DNA of 20,000 bases from an uncultured virus (IMG/VR IMGVR_UViG_3300002231_000068). Its lineage: Duplodnaviria; Heunggongvirae; Uroviricota; Caudoviricetes. The notes below the pieces were generated by a model. The model did not search any database. It saw only the letters and a list, made by a program, of their open reading frames with translations, and had not been told where the DNA came from. The translations under genes were made by a program, and so were the position numbers. The stretch lies in IMG/VR virus record IMGVR_UViG_3300002231_000068, one strand, 5' to 3'. The first letter of the stretch is position 1; each line of letters starts with the position of its first letter. This document shows, in pieces, positions 10,238 through 18,764 of this stretch.

Positions 10238-12353
10238 CTAAGCCATATTGGTCACAATATGTGCTTTTTGGGTAGAAATAGCCTCACCAAAGCTTTTATC
10301 TAAGTCAAATGAGTCAAATTGATGTTCTCCTAGGTTAATTATTGTTCTTCCCTGTGGATAAAAATACTCTATACTCATAACTGATAAGGTTAAGGGTGAT
10401 GTTATTCCATGTTGAGGTGCTTCTACCTTCACTTGATAGTTTTCTCTTACATGGTTTGCTAGATGTGGAACCGTAATACTTATACGTCTGTCAATTTTAC
10501 CGAATTTATTAAAAATTCTTGTTGCTACAGTTGCTAAACCCTCTGTACCTACAAATTGTGGTACTTGAAGTGTTTTTGAATAAAGTCCTAGATTTGCATA
10601 ATCTCCATCTCTGGTAGTATAAAACTTGCTTTGGTCATTAACATCCTCATACGTGTAAATTATATCATATCCATCAGATGATGTGTCAAGTGAACCAGCC
10701 AAAGTTATACTCTTATCATTTGCATTAACTCTAAAATTTAGATGTTGAATAAGAGTTTCACCCTGATCAATTTGTGTAAACATGCTACCATTACTATTTC
10801 TTTTTACTGATGTGGTTATTGGTTTACCTATGAGTTTATTTGATGTTAACGTATAATGACTACCATCAGTTGAAAAATCATTACTTGTTACTTTTCTTGT
10901 ATGTGACCTTAACAAATTACTTGAAATAAGAGTTAATTGTGTAATAACATTACTGTCATCAGTGCCTAAATCTTTTACTCTTGCTTTAGCACCCTGTCTA
11001 AATAGTATTTGACTTGCATCAATATCATCTGTTTCTAGTAATAAAACACCTCTACCAGTTATCTTAAATGATGTGTTAGATGCTTCATTTAAAGATAATA
11101 ATAAAATATTGGCGTATAAAGTTCCAGTCGCAATATAATGATTATAGTTTTCATCCCATTTACTTTCTTCAGCAGTATAAACTATTATGTTATCTAAAGA
11201 TTGACTATATACTTTAACCAAATCTTCTATTATTTCCCATCCTTCTTTTGATTTGTACTCATTTTTAATGATATTTGCGTCACCAGTAGTCCATTTCATT
11301 ATTCCACCATCATTTGTTTCTAATGGATATGTTCCACCAGTTTTTATTTCTATATTATGTAATTTATCAGAAAAACCTTTACAGTGAACAACCTTGTGTG
11401 TTACTCTTTCATCTATTTTCCATACATTTCCTCCAAACTTACATATTTCTGTAGAAATTCTTGCTCCAGCTAATTCATCATATTCTCCAGATGTTAAATG
11501 ATATCCACAATACATTCTTACCTGTGCAAGTCTAAATGTCTGTGAACTATTACCAGACCTATCAGCTGCTAAATAAATTGGTGATGTTGAGTTTTGGATT
11601 TCCAGTTATTGTTGCACTGCCTTCAAGATTACCATTTACTGTTAATTTTACTAAGTTATTTTCATCCCTATATACCCTAATCCAATAGTATTTACTTCTT
11701 TCAGCACCTTCACCAAGTGCACCTCCAGTTCCATATTGTTTTAATTCTGTATGTGTACCAGATGCATTTGATGTACCAAAACCTAAACTTACCATGGTTC
11801 CACCTATTGTTATATCAGCTCTTGCATAAATAGGGTCACTGTTAGATGCACCAGATTTCCAATATAATTCTATATTATTGGTTGCATCTCCTTTAGCAAA
11901 TATCCCACTTTTTCTATCATTTGGATATGTTTTTGCAGAAACAAGTCCTAGAATATCAAACTGTTGACTAAAATCTACTGTGTAATCTGTTGATGTGGTT
12001 GCTCTTGGGTCTGGTATTTGTGGAGCTACTCTTGCAGAATTATTACCATTTAACACTACACCATCACATCCGTGAATATACGTCATTGTTGTTTTAGCTG
12101 CATCTGTTTCTAAAGCATCTAGATTATGACCAGATTCATCTCTTGTACTATATTCAAAATTCCATACACCAGTAAGATATTTTATATTTGTTACATCTTG
12201 AATATATAATACCTCATCGTGTTTTGCAACTGCTGATTTTCTTGTGAATGTAAATGTACCAGAATCTATTGCCCTTGTACCATTTTTTTCTACATGTGCA
12301 TTTACTAGTTCAATAGGTTTGTTATTAACAACACACCTTACTCTATCTTTCAT
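10238..12353 (-). CDS. Baseplate hub/Tal-like tail-tip protein with an inserted LamG/ConA-like domain (~704 aa); +1 frame break at 11592-11595
   Basis: Track ORFs 11562..12353 and 10238..11515 fuse if one A is removed (GNPNSTSPIYLAADRSGNSSQTFRLAQVRMYCG), which completes a LamG-like domain beginning 'LTGVWNFEYSTRDESGHNLD'. The span is 2116 nt = 3x705+1. The C-terminal 'VKVEAPQHGI...VMSIEY...TIINLG' resembles hub proteins. Confidence 0.7.
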
Positions 12354-13388
12354 TATGGCATCGTTATGGCTACTTCGTTACTTTTCAAGCCATATCCTCC
12401 ACCGATATTTTTAGCTGCTACTTTTATGAAATATTCTTTTCCAGATGCCAAAGATTTTCCTTTTACTTTACTCCATTCAGCATCTGTATATGAACCTGAA
12501 TCAACATTCAAAAATGCAGTATTATCAGCATTAGGGTCACCCCATGATACTTCATAGTTTGAACCACCAGTTACGTGCCCTGCAAGTTCTGCATCTCTAG
12601 CTGCTGTGTTTGTATTTGTAGGACTTGCAGCTGCTTGATAAACTGATACTGTAAAGTCTGGTTCACCACCATATGATGATTCTCCATCTTTTATCCATAT
12701 GCCATACCCTGTAACTGTGCTCGAAGAATCGCTTGGTACAGACCATGAAACCATCATTCTAGTTTTAGTTCCACTTGCACCACCAGTTGCGTTTACAGTT
12801 GCTGTTGCAACATTTCTTGGTTCACTTGGTGCGTCTGATTCATAAATTGAAATTACATTACCCATGACAAATGTTATACTCAGATCCCATACTACTGGTG
12901 AATTACCAGATATATTGGCATTAATTCTTGTAATGAAACCCTCCATTACATCTACATCTTCACCTAATTTTATAAAATATCTATCTGAAATATCTTTACC
13001 TTGAAACTGACCTAATAACCAACTTACTACTCTACCAGCACTGTCTGATGAAACAGCATCACTCCAAGATGCAGTAGATGAGCTACCAGCATAATACTCT
13101 TCTATATCTGTACTTATTCCACTTGTTAATAATAAACTGTTACATTGTTGAGGTTTTGGAAATGAATCTGCTACTTTCCAGTTTACTGTTACTGTTTGTG
13201 TGTTACCCTCCATTTTTACCAGTACATTCTCACTAGCGTCTTCTTGAGGCAATGCCATAGGTGATACTGGTTGATCTAATGAAACCATAATACTTTCTAA
13301 GTTATTTATTTCGTATCTCCAAGTTTTTGCTTACACCAGATGCCTCATGCATTGATGAATTTTTATAAAATAACAATGATTTGACCAT
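12353..13388 (-). CDS. Distal-tail (Dit)-like protein with a C-terminal fibronectin type III domain (~344 aa); +1 frame break at 13324-13328
   Basis: The ATG at 13388 overlaps the tape measure stop (TAATG). MVKSLLFYKNSSMHEASGVSK joins TWRYEINNLESIMVSLDQP... if one A is removed from an A5 run; the span is 1036 nt = 3x345+1. FN3 hallmarks: 'APSEPRNV', 'VSWSVP...VTGYGI', 'L.SGKEYFIKVAAKN.GG.G..S'. The Dit call rests on position only. Confidence 0.7.
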
Positions 13389-15094
13389 TATACTCTACCT
13401 CTCCTTGTATTTGATTCTTGTATCACATTAAGTATTGTTTGTCTCAGATTATTTAAGTCTTGCGATGAACCACTCATATTTTGTATGTTAACTGTAATAC
13501 TTGTACCACCACCAATACTACCTAATTTTTTATCTGGTACAACAGTTTCATTTCCAGCTTCACCCATTAAATATTGTTGACCACTTTTACCTATACCCAT
13601 TATAGGCTCTGTGATATGACCACCTTCAGCCCATGACCATGGATTCCAACTATTATTATTATTACTACTACTATTGGTATCAGTACTTTTACCACCCCAT
13701 TTATTTTCTGATAGTGGGTTTAACCAATCTAATACATTATCCCAAATTTGACCCCAATCAGCTGCTATGCCATCAATTCCATTCCAGAACCAATCATAAA
13801 TAGTTTGCCATATACCTGTGAAATTATCTTGCATGTTTTTTATTCCACCCCAGAACCATCCATAAACAGTACCCCATAAATTATTCCAGTATGCAGCTAC
13901 ACCTTCTATACCATCACTAAACCATGTCCATATCTCACCCCAGAATTTATTCCAGTTTGAATATGTTCTTGATAATCCATCACTAAACCATGTTTCTACA
14001 TCTTTAGCCCAGTTTGAAAAGTCAACAGCAGCTGCACTTAATCCATTTCTAAACCAAGTTCCTACTGCTCTACCCCATTCATTAAACCATTTGTTATTAC
14101 CTATACCAAACAAACCAGCTATAAAGTCTGAAACTGCAAATAAAGGTACTACTGCTTTAAGTGTATCAAATATTGCTTTACCCCAATCAACTTCACCCCA
14201 TAAAGCTGCGAATGCTCCACCCACATCTCCATTAGCTAATGCTGTTAATGCTCCAGCTAGTTTTGTACCAATCTCATTACCCCATTTCATCATTTGTGGG
14301 TACATCTTTGTATACCATGGTATAATGAATTTTCTAAGTAACATAATCATAATAGGTCTCATTAAGAAACCAAAGAAGTCACCTATTGGTCTTAATATCA
14401 TCATGATACCAAAATTAAGTAATTTGTAAATTTGTTGAAACATTGGTGATGCATCTAATGCTTTCTTTAATATTCCTATGATAACTCCAGCTGAACCAGC
14501 ACCTATCATCATACCCATTTTATGTTTTCCAAAAAATTGTTTTGCACCAGATAATTGTTCTACTAATTTACCAGAACTATCAACTTTTCCCTGTGCACTA
14601 TCTCTTCTACCTTCTAACCCTTCTTTTGCTCTTTCTAAAGTAGATCTTTCTTTTGGATCTAAAGCAGTATCATTTAATCTCTCATTTAGATTTTTTAATG
14701 ATGATTCTAAACTTGCTAATTCTTGTTGATTATTTTCATATTGTTGAGCTAATTTTTCAGCTTTACCAGTTAACATCCCAAAAGCTGCACCTATTGGTAA
14801 TCCTTTTGTTAACATACCAGTGAATAATTTCATTTGATTACCACCATCAGATAATGCTTTAGCGTGGTCTTTATTCATTCTAACCTGTCTACCACGTTCT
14901 TTCTCTAATTCAATTTTCAAAAGAGCCTGAGTTTTATGCCAATCCTTGTTTCCAGCAGATGCTTGACCAGTTGTATTGCCAAAATCATCTAGTTTTGAGT
15001 TTAATTTTTCGATTGTCTTAGTAAGCATCTCGAATAGCTTATCTAAGTCTTTTACCTCAGTAAAATCTGAATTATCTCCTTCTGGACTACTCAT
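13388..15094 (-). CDS. Tape measure protein (~568 aa; start 15094 or 15100)
   Basis: Follows G/GT. It has a coiled-coil N-terminus, hydrophobic segments, Trp/Phe repeats with ~11-residue period, and a C-terminal 'AEGGHITEP...MGEAGNETVVP...ITVNIQN' motif typical of tape measure proteins. Confidence 0.88.
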   Translation of the reverse strand: MSSPEGDNSDFTEVKDLDKLFEMLTKTIEKLNSKLDDFGNTTGQASAGNKDWHKTQALLKIELEKERGRQVRMNKDHAKALSDGGNQMKLFTGMLTKGLPIGAAFGMLTGKAEKLAQQYENNQQELASLESSLKNLNERLNDTALDPKERSTLERAKEGLEGRRDSAQGKVDSSGKLVEQLSGAKQFFGKHKMGMMIGAGSAGVIIGILKKALDASPMFQQIYKLLNFGIMMILRPIGDFFGFLMRPIMIMLLRKFIIPWYTKMYPQMMKWGNEIGTKLAGALTALANGDVGGAFAALWGEVDWGKAIFDTLKAVVPLFAVSDFIAGLFGIGNNKWFNEWGRAVGTWFRNGLSAAAVDFSNWAKDVETWFSDGLSRTYSNWNKFWGEIWTWFSDGIEGVAAYWNNLWGTVYGWFWGGIKNMQDNFTGIWQTIYDWFWNGIDGIAADWGQIWDNVLDWLNPLSENKWGGKSTDTNSSSNNNNSWNPWSWAEGGHITEPIMGIGKSGQQYLMGEAGNETVVPDKKLGSIGGGTSITVNIQNMSGSSQDLNNLRQTILNVIQESNTRRGRV

Positions 15095-15115
15095 ATTCAT
15101 TTATAAGGGTCACAA

Positions 15116-15129
15116 TATAAAAAGATATC
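15116..15129 (-). promoter_or_regulatory. BRE/TATA promoter for the tape measure unit
   Basis: GATATC-TTTTTATA. It is 21 nt from the ATG at 15094 but only 15 nt from the ATG at 15100, which favours 15094 as the start. Confidence 0.55.
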
Positions 15130-15362
15130 TACATGAATTTCTTTACTTGTTTAGACTGTCGTGCACTCATAGCTCTATTTTCCTTATCTCTTTCCTCTTT
15201 AAGCACGGCTAATAATTTCTTTATATACTTAGAATCTTGAGCATCTACTGTTCTTTGATCCCAGCCAAATTCTATGGCGCAGACATAGTAAATTCCGAAT
15301 CTTGCTCGTTCGGATCCAGTGAGCCTGTAAAACTCTCCACCCACTCCCCTAAGTATTTCGCT
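15129..15362 (-). CDS. Frameshifted C-terminal part of chaperone GT (lambda gpT analogue); fusion ~171 aa
   Basis: The -1 frame after the slip site encodes SEILRGVGGEFYRLTGSERARFGIYYVCAIEFGWDQRTVD...; 'EFGW' followed by a helix is typical of gpT-like segments. It has no promoter or ATG of its own. Confidence 0.75.
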   Translation of the reverse strand, partial: SEILRGVGGEFYRLTGSERARFGIYYVCAIEFGWDQRTVDAQDSKYIKKLLAVLKEERDKENRAMSARQSKQVKKFM

Positions 15363-15643
15363 AAAGGGTAGTCTTTCATGACCTCCTTCATGATTTGGTT
15401 TGCCTGTTTCGATTTAAGATTTCTTATTGAAACTGCATCCCCTGTAGGAAATGGTGCTTTTGTCAAGACTTTCATAAGTATTGAGAATCTGTATTTTGGG
15501 ATATTAACTTTAGGTTTTGAAACATCTGATAAATCTATTGCACTTTGAAGTATTGCTTCCAATTCTCCATATGTAATATCGTCATCATATTCTATAGTTT
15601 CTTTACCATTAATCCAATCTATCTCGAAACTTTTGGTTGTCAT
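15272..15643 (-). CDS. Tail assembly chaperone (lambda gpG analogue), 123 aa
   Basis: Lies between the tail tube and tape measure genes, is acidic and helical, and contains an in-frame slippery heptamer near its 3' end. Confidence 0.8.
   Translation of the reverse strand: MTTKSFEIDWINGKETIEYDDDITYGELEAILQSAIDLSDVSKPKVNIPKYRFSILMKVLTKAPFPTGDAVSIRNLKSKQANQIMKEVMKDYPLAKYLGEWVESFTGSLDPNEQDSEFTMSAP
15362..15368 (-). other. Programmed -1 ribosomal frameshift site C CCT TTA
   Basis: The X XXY YYZ heptamer is correctly phased in the chaperone frame (TAC CCT TTA GCG). The -1 frame (CCC TTT AGC GAA ATA CTT AGG GGA GTG GGT...) is open to 15129. Confidence 0.8.
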
Positions 15644-15665
15644 AACTTTATAAAATTACTTTTAA

Positions 15666-15679
15666 CTTATAAACCTATT
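15666..15679 (-). promoter_or_regulatory. TATA promoter for the tail assembly chaperone
   Basis: AATAGG-TTTATAAG, with 22 nt between the box and the ATG at 15643. This is the most divergent of the seven copies. Confidence 0.5.
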
Positions 15680-15683
15680 GGTT

Positions 15684-16658
15684 TTAAGTGTTGTCTACGT
15701 CTACTTTAGCTGCTTTGATTTGCCAGTTAATCTCTTCGAATACTGGTTCTACTGGCTCTAATCCAGTTACTGTGTGGTCTGCTATTCCTAAACCATATCC
15801 AGTTATTTTAAGTGTTTTTGGATTTGATGCACCGTTTGTAAAGAACAATTCTAATTGTGGTGAACCACCGATTTCTTCTTTATAACCTGAACCTTTTAAT
15901 TGTAAGATTACTTCTCTTAATAATGTATCGTTAAGTAATGATGCTTTGAATCTACCAGTAATATCTAATGTTCTTTTAATACCAGTTACTGCTTGGTTAC
16001 TACCTAATTGGTATAATAAATCACCATTGTTGTTAAATGTAATATCTACTTCTTGAACTTCTGCTATTGTTGAACCACCAATCTTTAATGAACCATGTGC
16101 AAATGTAAATGGCTGTGAGGCTTCTGTAGGTGCTCCACTAAATTCACCAGATGCGTTACTTGGTGCGTCTTCTTTTCCGTATTGAATATCTGCTGTACAG
16201 TTTACAACATCATTAACTGCTGTTGTTATGTTCAAACTATTCAAAATACATCCTTTTAGAGTTCTTATGATATATTCACCCTCTCCATTAAAACCTATTT
16301 CTGTAGAAAGTGATTTTCCTACAAATGTTTTATTTGCTTGACCTTGACCACTGTTAGTTGCTGAACCATAAACATATGCGCCAGCTGAACCAGTTCTTGG
16401 ATAAAATGCCTGAAATAGTTCATGTGATGTTGAATCACCAAATACAAATCCTAATGAAAGAGTACCAGTTTGAGTACCATATGCGTATTTATGTGGTTCT
16501 ACTTGACCAAGAGCGCCTAATTGCTGTCTATTGGTTGATAAAGTCCATCCAGATACAGCAGTCTTTAAACCGAATGATTTATCGATTGTGGCTGAACCAC
16601 CAAATGTTGAGGTTTCTAAACCAAAAGCTGCGTATGCATATGCACCTGTTCGTACCAT
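15684..16658 (-). CDS. Major tail (tube) protein, 324 aa
   Basis: 'AFGLETSTFG', 'LKGCILNSLNIT', 'PFTFAHGSLKIGG...EVDITFNN' and 'LDITGRF' follow the two-domain tail-tube pattern. It precedes the chaperone and tape measure genes. Confidence 0.85.
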   Translation of the reverse strand: MVRTGAYAYAAFGLETSTFGGSATIDKSFGLKTAVSGWTLSTNRQQLGALGQVEPHKYAYGTQTGTLSLGFVFGDSTSHELFQAFYPRTGSAGAYVYGSATNSGQGQANKTFVGKSLSTEIGFNGEGEYIIRTLKGCILNSLNITTAVNDVVNCTADIQYGKEDAPSNASGEFSGAPTEASQPFTFAHGSLKIGGSTIAEVQEVDITFNNNGDLLYQLGSNQAVTGIKRTLDITGRFKASLLNDTLLREVILQLKGSGYKEEIGGSPQLELFFTNGASNPKTLKITGYGLGIADHTVTGLEPVEPVFEEINWQIKAAKVDVDNT

Positions 16659-16680
16659 ATATACTGAAAGTTAGTTACTG

Positions 16681-16694
16681 TATTTAAAGATTTC
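16681..16694 (-). promoter_or_regulatory. BRE/TATA promoter for the tail tube gene
   Basis: GAAATC-TTTAAATA, with 22 nt between the box and the ATG at 16658. Confidence 0.7.
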
Positions 16695-17114
16695 TTATAC
16701 AGGGTTCATTTTACGCATTGAAACCGTGACTATATGATTAAACATATTACGCATGTATTGATTTCTTGTGTATGATGCTATGATTCTAAGGTCTACATAG
16801 TCATTTCCACCCCTTATTTTATCCTTTAAAATCTTCATAGTCTCTTTTACCACATTATTATGTCTATCATCATTTTGATAGGTTCTAATGTCAAAATCTA
16901 CAGTTACATCATGAAAATGGTCTGTACCAAAAAGACTGAAATACTTAACATCCTCTGCTTTTGGGGTTATTATTATCTGGTCTCTCCTATCATCAATAAA
17001 TCCTACAGTTCTTTTTTCCCATGCTTTTTGGATATTTGGTGCTTGACCAGCAGTCCAATTATCTGTAAGTATTGTGATTATAGTATTAACTACATCATAA
17101 TTTGCTGTACCCAT
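16695..17114 (-). CDS. Putative tail terminator/tail completion protein (139 aa)
   Basis: Size, its position immediately before the tail tube gene, and an alpha/beta pattern ('VTVDFDIRTY' followed by an amphipathic helix) fit lambda gpU/SPP1 gp17-like proteins. Confidence 0.6.
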   Translation of the reverse strand: MGTANYDVVNTIITILTDNWTAGQAPNIQKAWEKRTVGFIDDRRDQIIITPKAEDVKYFSLFGTDHFHDVTVDFDIRTYQNDDRHNNVVKETMKILKDKIRGGNDYVDLRIIASYTRNQYMRNMFNHIVTVSMRKMNPV

Positions 17115-17744
17115 TATGAACCACTCCTATAAGGATAAGACTCAGTATATGGAAAATTAGTCCATTTATCATTTAAACCATAACTACCCTCTCTAGGTCT
17201 CATGGCTTTTGTCATAACATCCCATTGTTTATCTGTCATATCTGATGGTCTTCTACCTACATACCATACTTTTCTTTGATATTTTATACGCTGTTGAATC
17301 TACTAATTCTTCTTTTTGTTTCGGTGTAAGAAGTGTTTCTATAGTTCTACCAAAATTGTTATTATATTCATTTACTAAATCGTTGTTTGTCATACCAGCA
17401 AATTTTTTTGATTTAACCCATTTTTTAACATTTGATATATTTGGTTTATAGGTTGCTGGTAAAATGTATCTAGCATATCCTTCTGGTAATTTTTCTTCTG
17501 GAAATTGACCACTTTTATTCATAGCAACTACATCTGGAGGTTCTTCATAAAGACTTTCTTTTGGTTGAAATAAAGCAGTAAATCTTTTTACAATATCCAG
17601 CATTGATTCTGGATCTGTTAATTTTATATCTTTTACTCCTACAGGTGTATTAACCATTACTTTTTTACCATTTAAACTTGAATTAAAACCAGCTTCGTTA
17701 AACAATCTTACGGCTTGTTTTCTAAAGTATCTTTCTATTTTCAT
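17114..17744 (-). CDS. Neck-region hypothetical protein (~209 aa) with one +1 frame break near 17270-17273
   Basis: The ATG at 17744 overlaps the adaptor stop (TAATG). Removing one A from AAG AAA A GTA extends the track ORF (17253..17783) as ...KISKKVWYVGRRPSDMTDKQWDVMTKAMRPREGSYGLNDKWTNFPYTESYPYRSGS*. Its TAA then overlaps the next ATG at 17114, and the span is 631 nt = 3x210+1. Confidence 0.7.
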
Positions 17745-18379
17745 TATGGTATCACGAATAGCTCCCTTCTGTTTTCGATACACTTTTCAATATCTTCCTC
17801 CCATTTTCTTTTGGATTCCGATACGTTTGTCATACCACCAGTAGGGAGTTCATCCATTCTGAAACTTGTATTGAGTAACTCTATACATGTCATTTTAATT
17901 ACAGCATCTTGAATATCTGCTGGTATATTTGTATCACCAGCAAATTCTTGTCCACCATATCTGTAAGTAACTCTAACTCTATTCTTTCTTAAGATTGAAA
18001 ATATAAAACCTCTTAAATATAATCTACCATATTCATATTCAATATCATACCATGATGAGCTTCCTAAAATATCACTCCATGATGCACTTGCACCCTCCCA
18101 TATTTCTATCTTATCTCCTTGATCTGCATCTAACTCATAAATATTTCTATGTTGTAAGAATAATGGTGTACCCCATCCATAAGTGTAAAGTAGTGGTAAA
18201 TCATGAACTTCTCTTGTTACTTTTTTTGATCTCCATGCATGACCTATTCGACGTTCTAACTCTTCTTCTTTTCTGTTAATGAGTTTTGTAACCTGTTTTT
18301 TATTTGGAGTAGTAGTAGAGGTAATAGGTACCCTGAGGTAATCAGCGACATCTCCAACTGAACAATAAGTCGTAGCCAT
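17744..18379 (-). CDS. Head-tail adaptor/connector (SPP1 gp15 / HK97 gp6-like), 211 aa
   Basis: N-terminal 'YCSVGDVADYL' helix and 'VRVTYRYG...IPADIQDAVIKM' are typical of this family. Its position after the capsid genes fits. Confidence 0.8.
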   Translation of the reverse strand: MATTYCSVGDVADYLRVPITSTTTPNKKQVTKLINRKEEELERRIGHAWRSKKVTREVHDLPLLYTYGWGTPLFLQHRNIYELDADQGDKIEIWEGASASWSDILGSSSWYDIEYEYGRLYLRGFIFSILRKNRVRVTYRYGGQEFAGDTNIPADIQDAVIKMTCIELLNTSFRMDELPTGGMTNVSESKRKWEEDIEKCIENRRELFVIP

Positions 18380-18400
18380 ATAAGTCTTAATGAGCCACTA

Positions 18401-18414
18401 TATTTAAAGATATT
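18401..18414 (-). promoter_or_regulatory. BRE/TATA promoter for the head-tail adaptor unit
   Basis: AATATC-TTTAAATA, with 21 nt between the box and the ATG at 18379. Confidence 0.7.
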
Positions 18415-18422
18415 CACCACGA

Positions 18423-18692
18423 CTACTTGAAAACAACTGTATATTCAGCTGTACCTGTGATATCTGCAAATATACCATCTTCAAATCGTCTGTTGATTCC
18501 TACATATGTTCCTTGGTTCTCAGAGAATATTGTGAATTCTGCTGTACCACTGGCTGATGTGCCATTTTTAAATATGCATTTTGAACCTGAACTACCAGTC
18601 TTTGAAACATAGACTGATACTATAACTCCATGTGCACCTTTGATTGTTGTATCTGAATTAAAAGATACTACATTGTGGTTATATTCTACCAT
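18423..18692 (-). CDS. Small beta-sandwich virion-associated protein (89 aa)
   Basis: All-beta pattern ending 'GINRRFEDGIFADITG', reminiscent of small capsid-region proteins of marine phages. It sits between the MCP and the adaptor. Confidence 0.55.
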   Translation of the reverse strand: MVEYNHNVVSFNSDTTIKGAHGVIVSVYVSKTGSSGSKCIFKNGTSASGTAEFTIFSENQGTYVGINRRFEDGIFADITGTAEYTVVFK

Positions 18693-18713
18693 GAATTATA
18701 TGATAATTACGAA

Positions 18714-18727
18714 TATATAAGGATTAT
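18714..18727 (-). promoter_or_regulatory. BRE/TATA promoter for the 18692 gene
   Basis: ATAATC-CTTATATA, with 21 nt between the box and the ATG at 18692. Confidence 0.6.
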
Positions 18728-18734
18728 GCCTCAT

Positions 18735-18747
18735 AAAGAAAAAAAAA
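18735..18747 (-). terminator. Oligo-T terminator after the 118-aa gene
   Basis: The minus strand reads TTTTTTTTTCTTT about 17 nt after the stop at 18765. Confidence 0.6.
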
Positions 18748-18764
18748 GTCGGCTATTTTGGACT

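Noticed and set aside
15684..17114. Contractile tail (myovirus) or tailocin/gene-transfer-agent interpretation
   Set aside because: No sheath-sized gene or baseplate wedge (gpJ/gp25-like) genes are recognisable, and capsid and neck genes are present. The layout is siphovirus-like. A GTA or provirus cannot be formally excluded without flanking sequence.
1177..17273. Stop-codon reassignment or readthrough as the cause of the split genes
   Set aside because: Every break needs a frame change rather than readthrough, and TAA and TAG both end ordinary genes here.
17745..17783. GTG start at 17783 for the neck-region gene
   Set aside because: It overlaps the adaptor by 40 nt, whereas the ATG at 17744 forms the same TAATG junction seen at three other boundaries.
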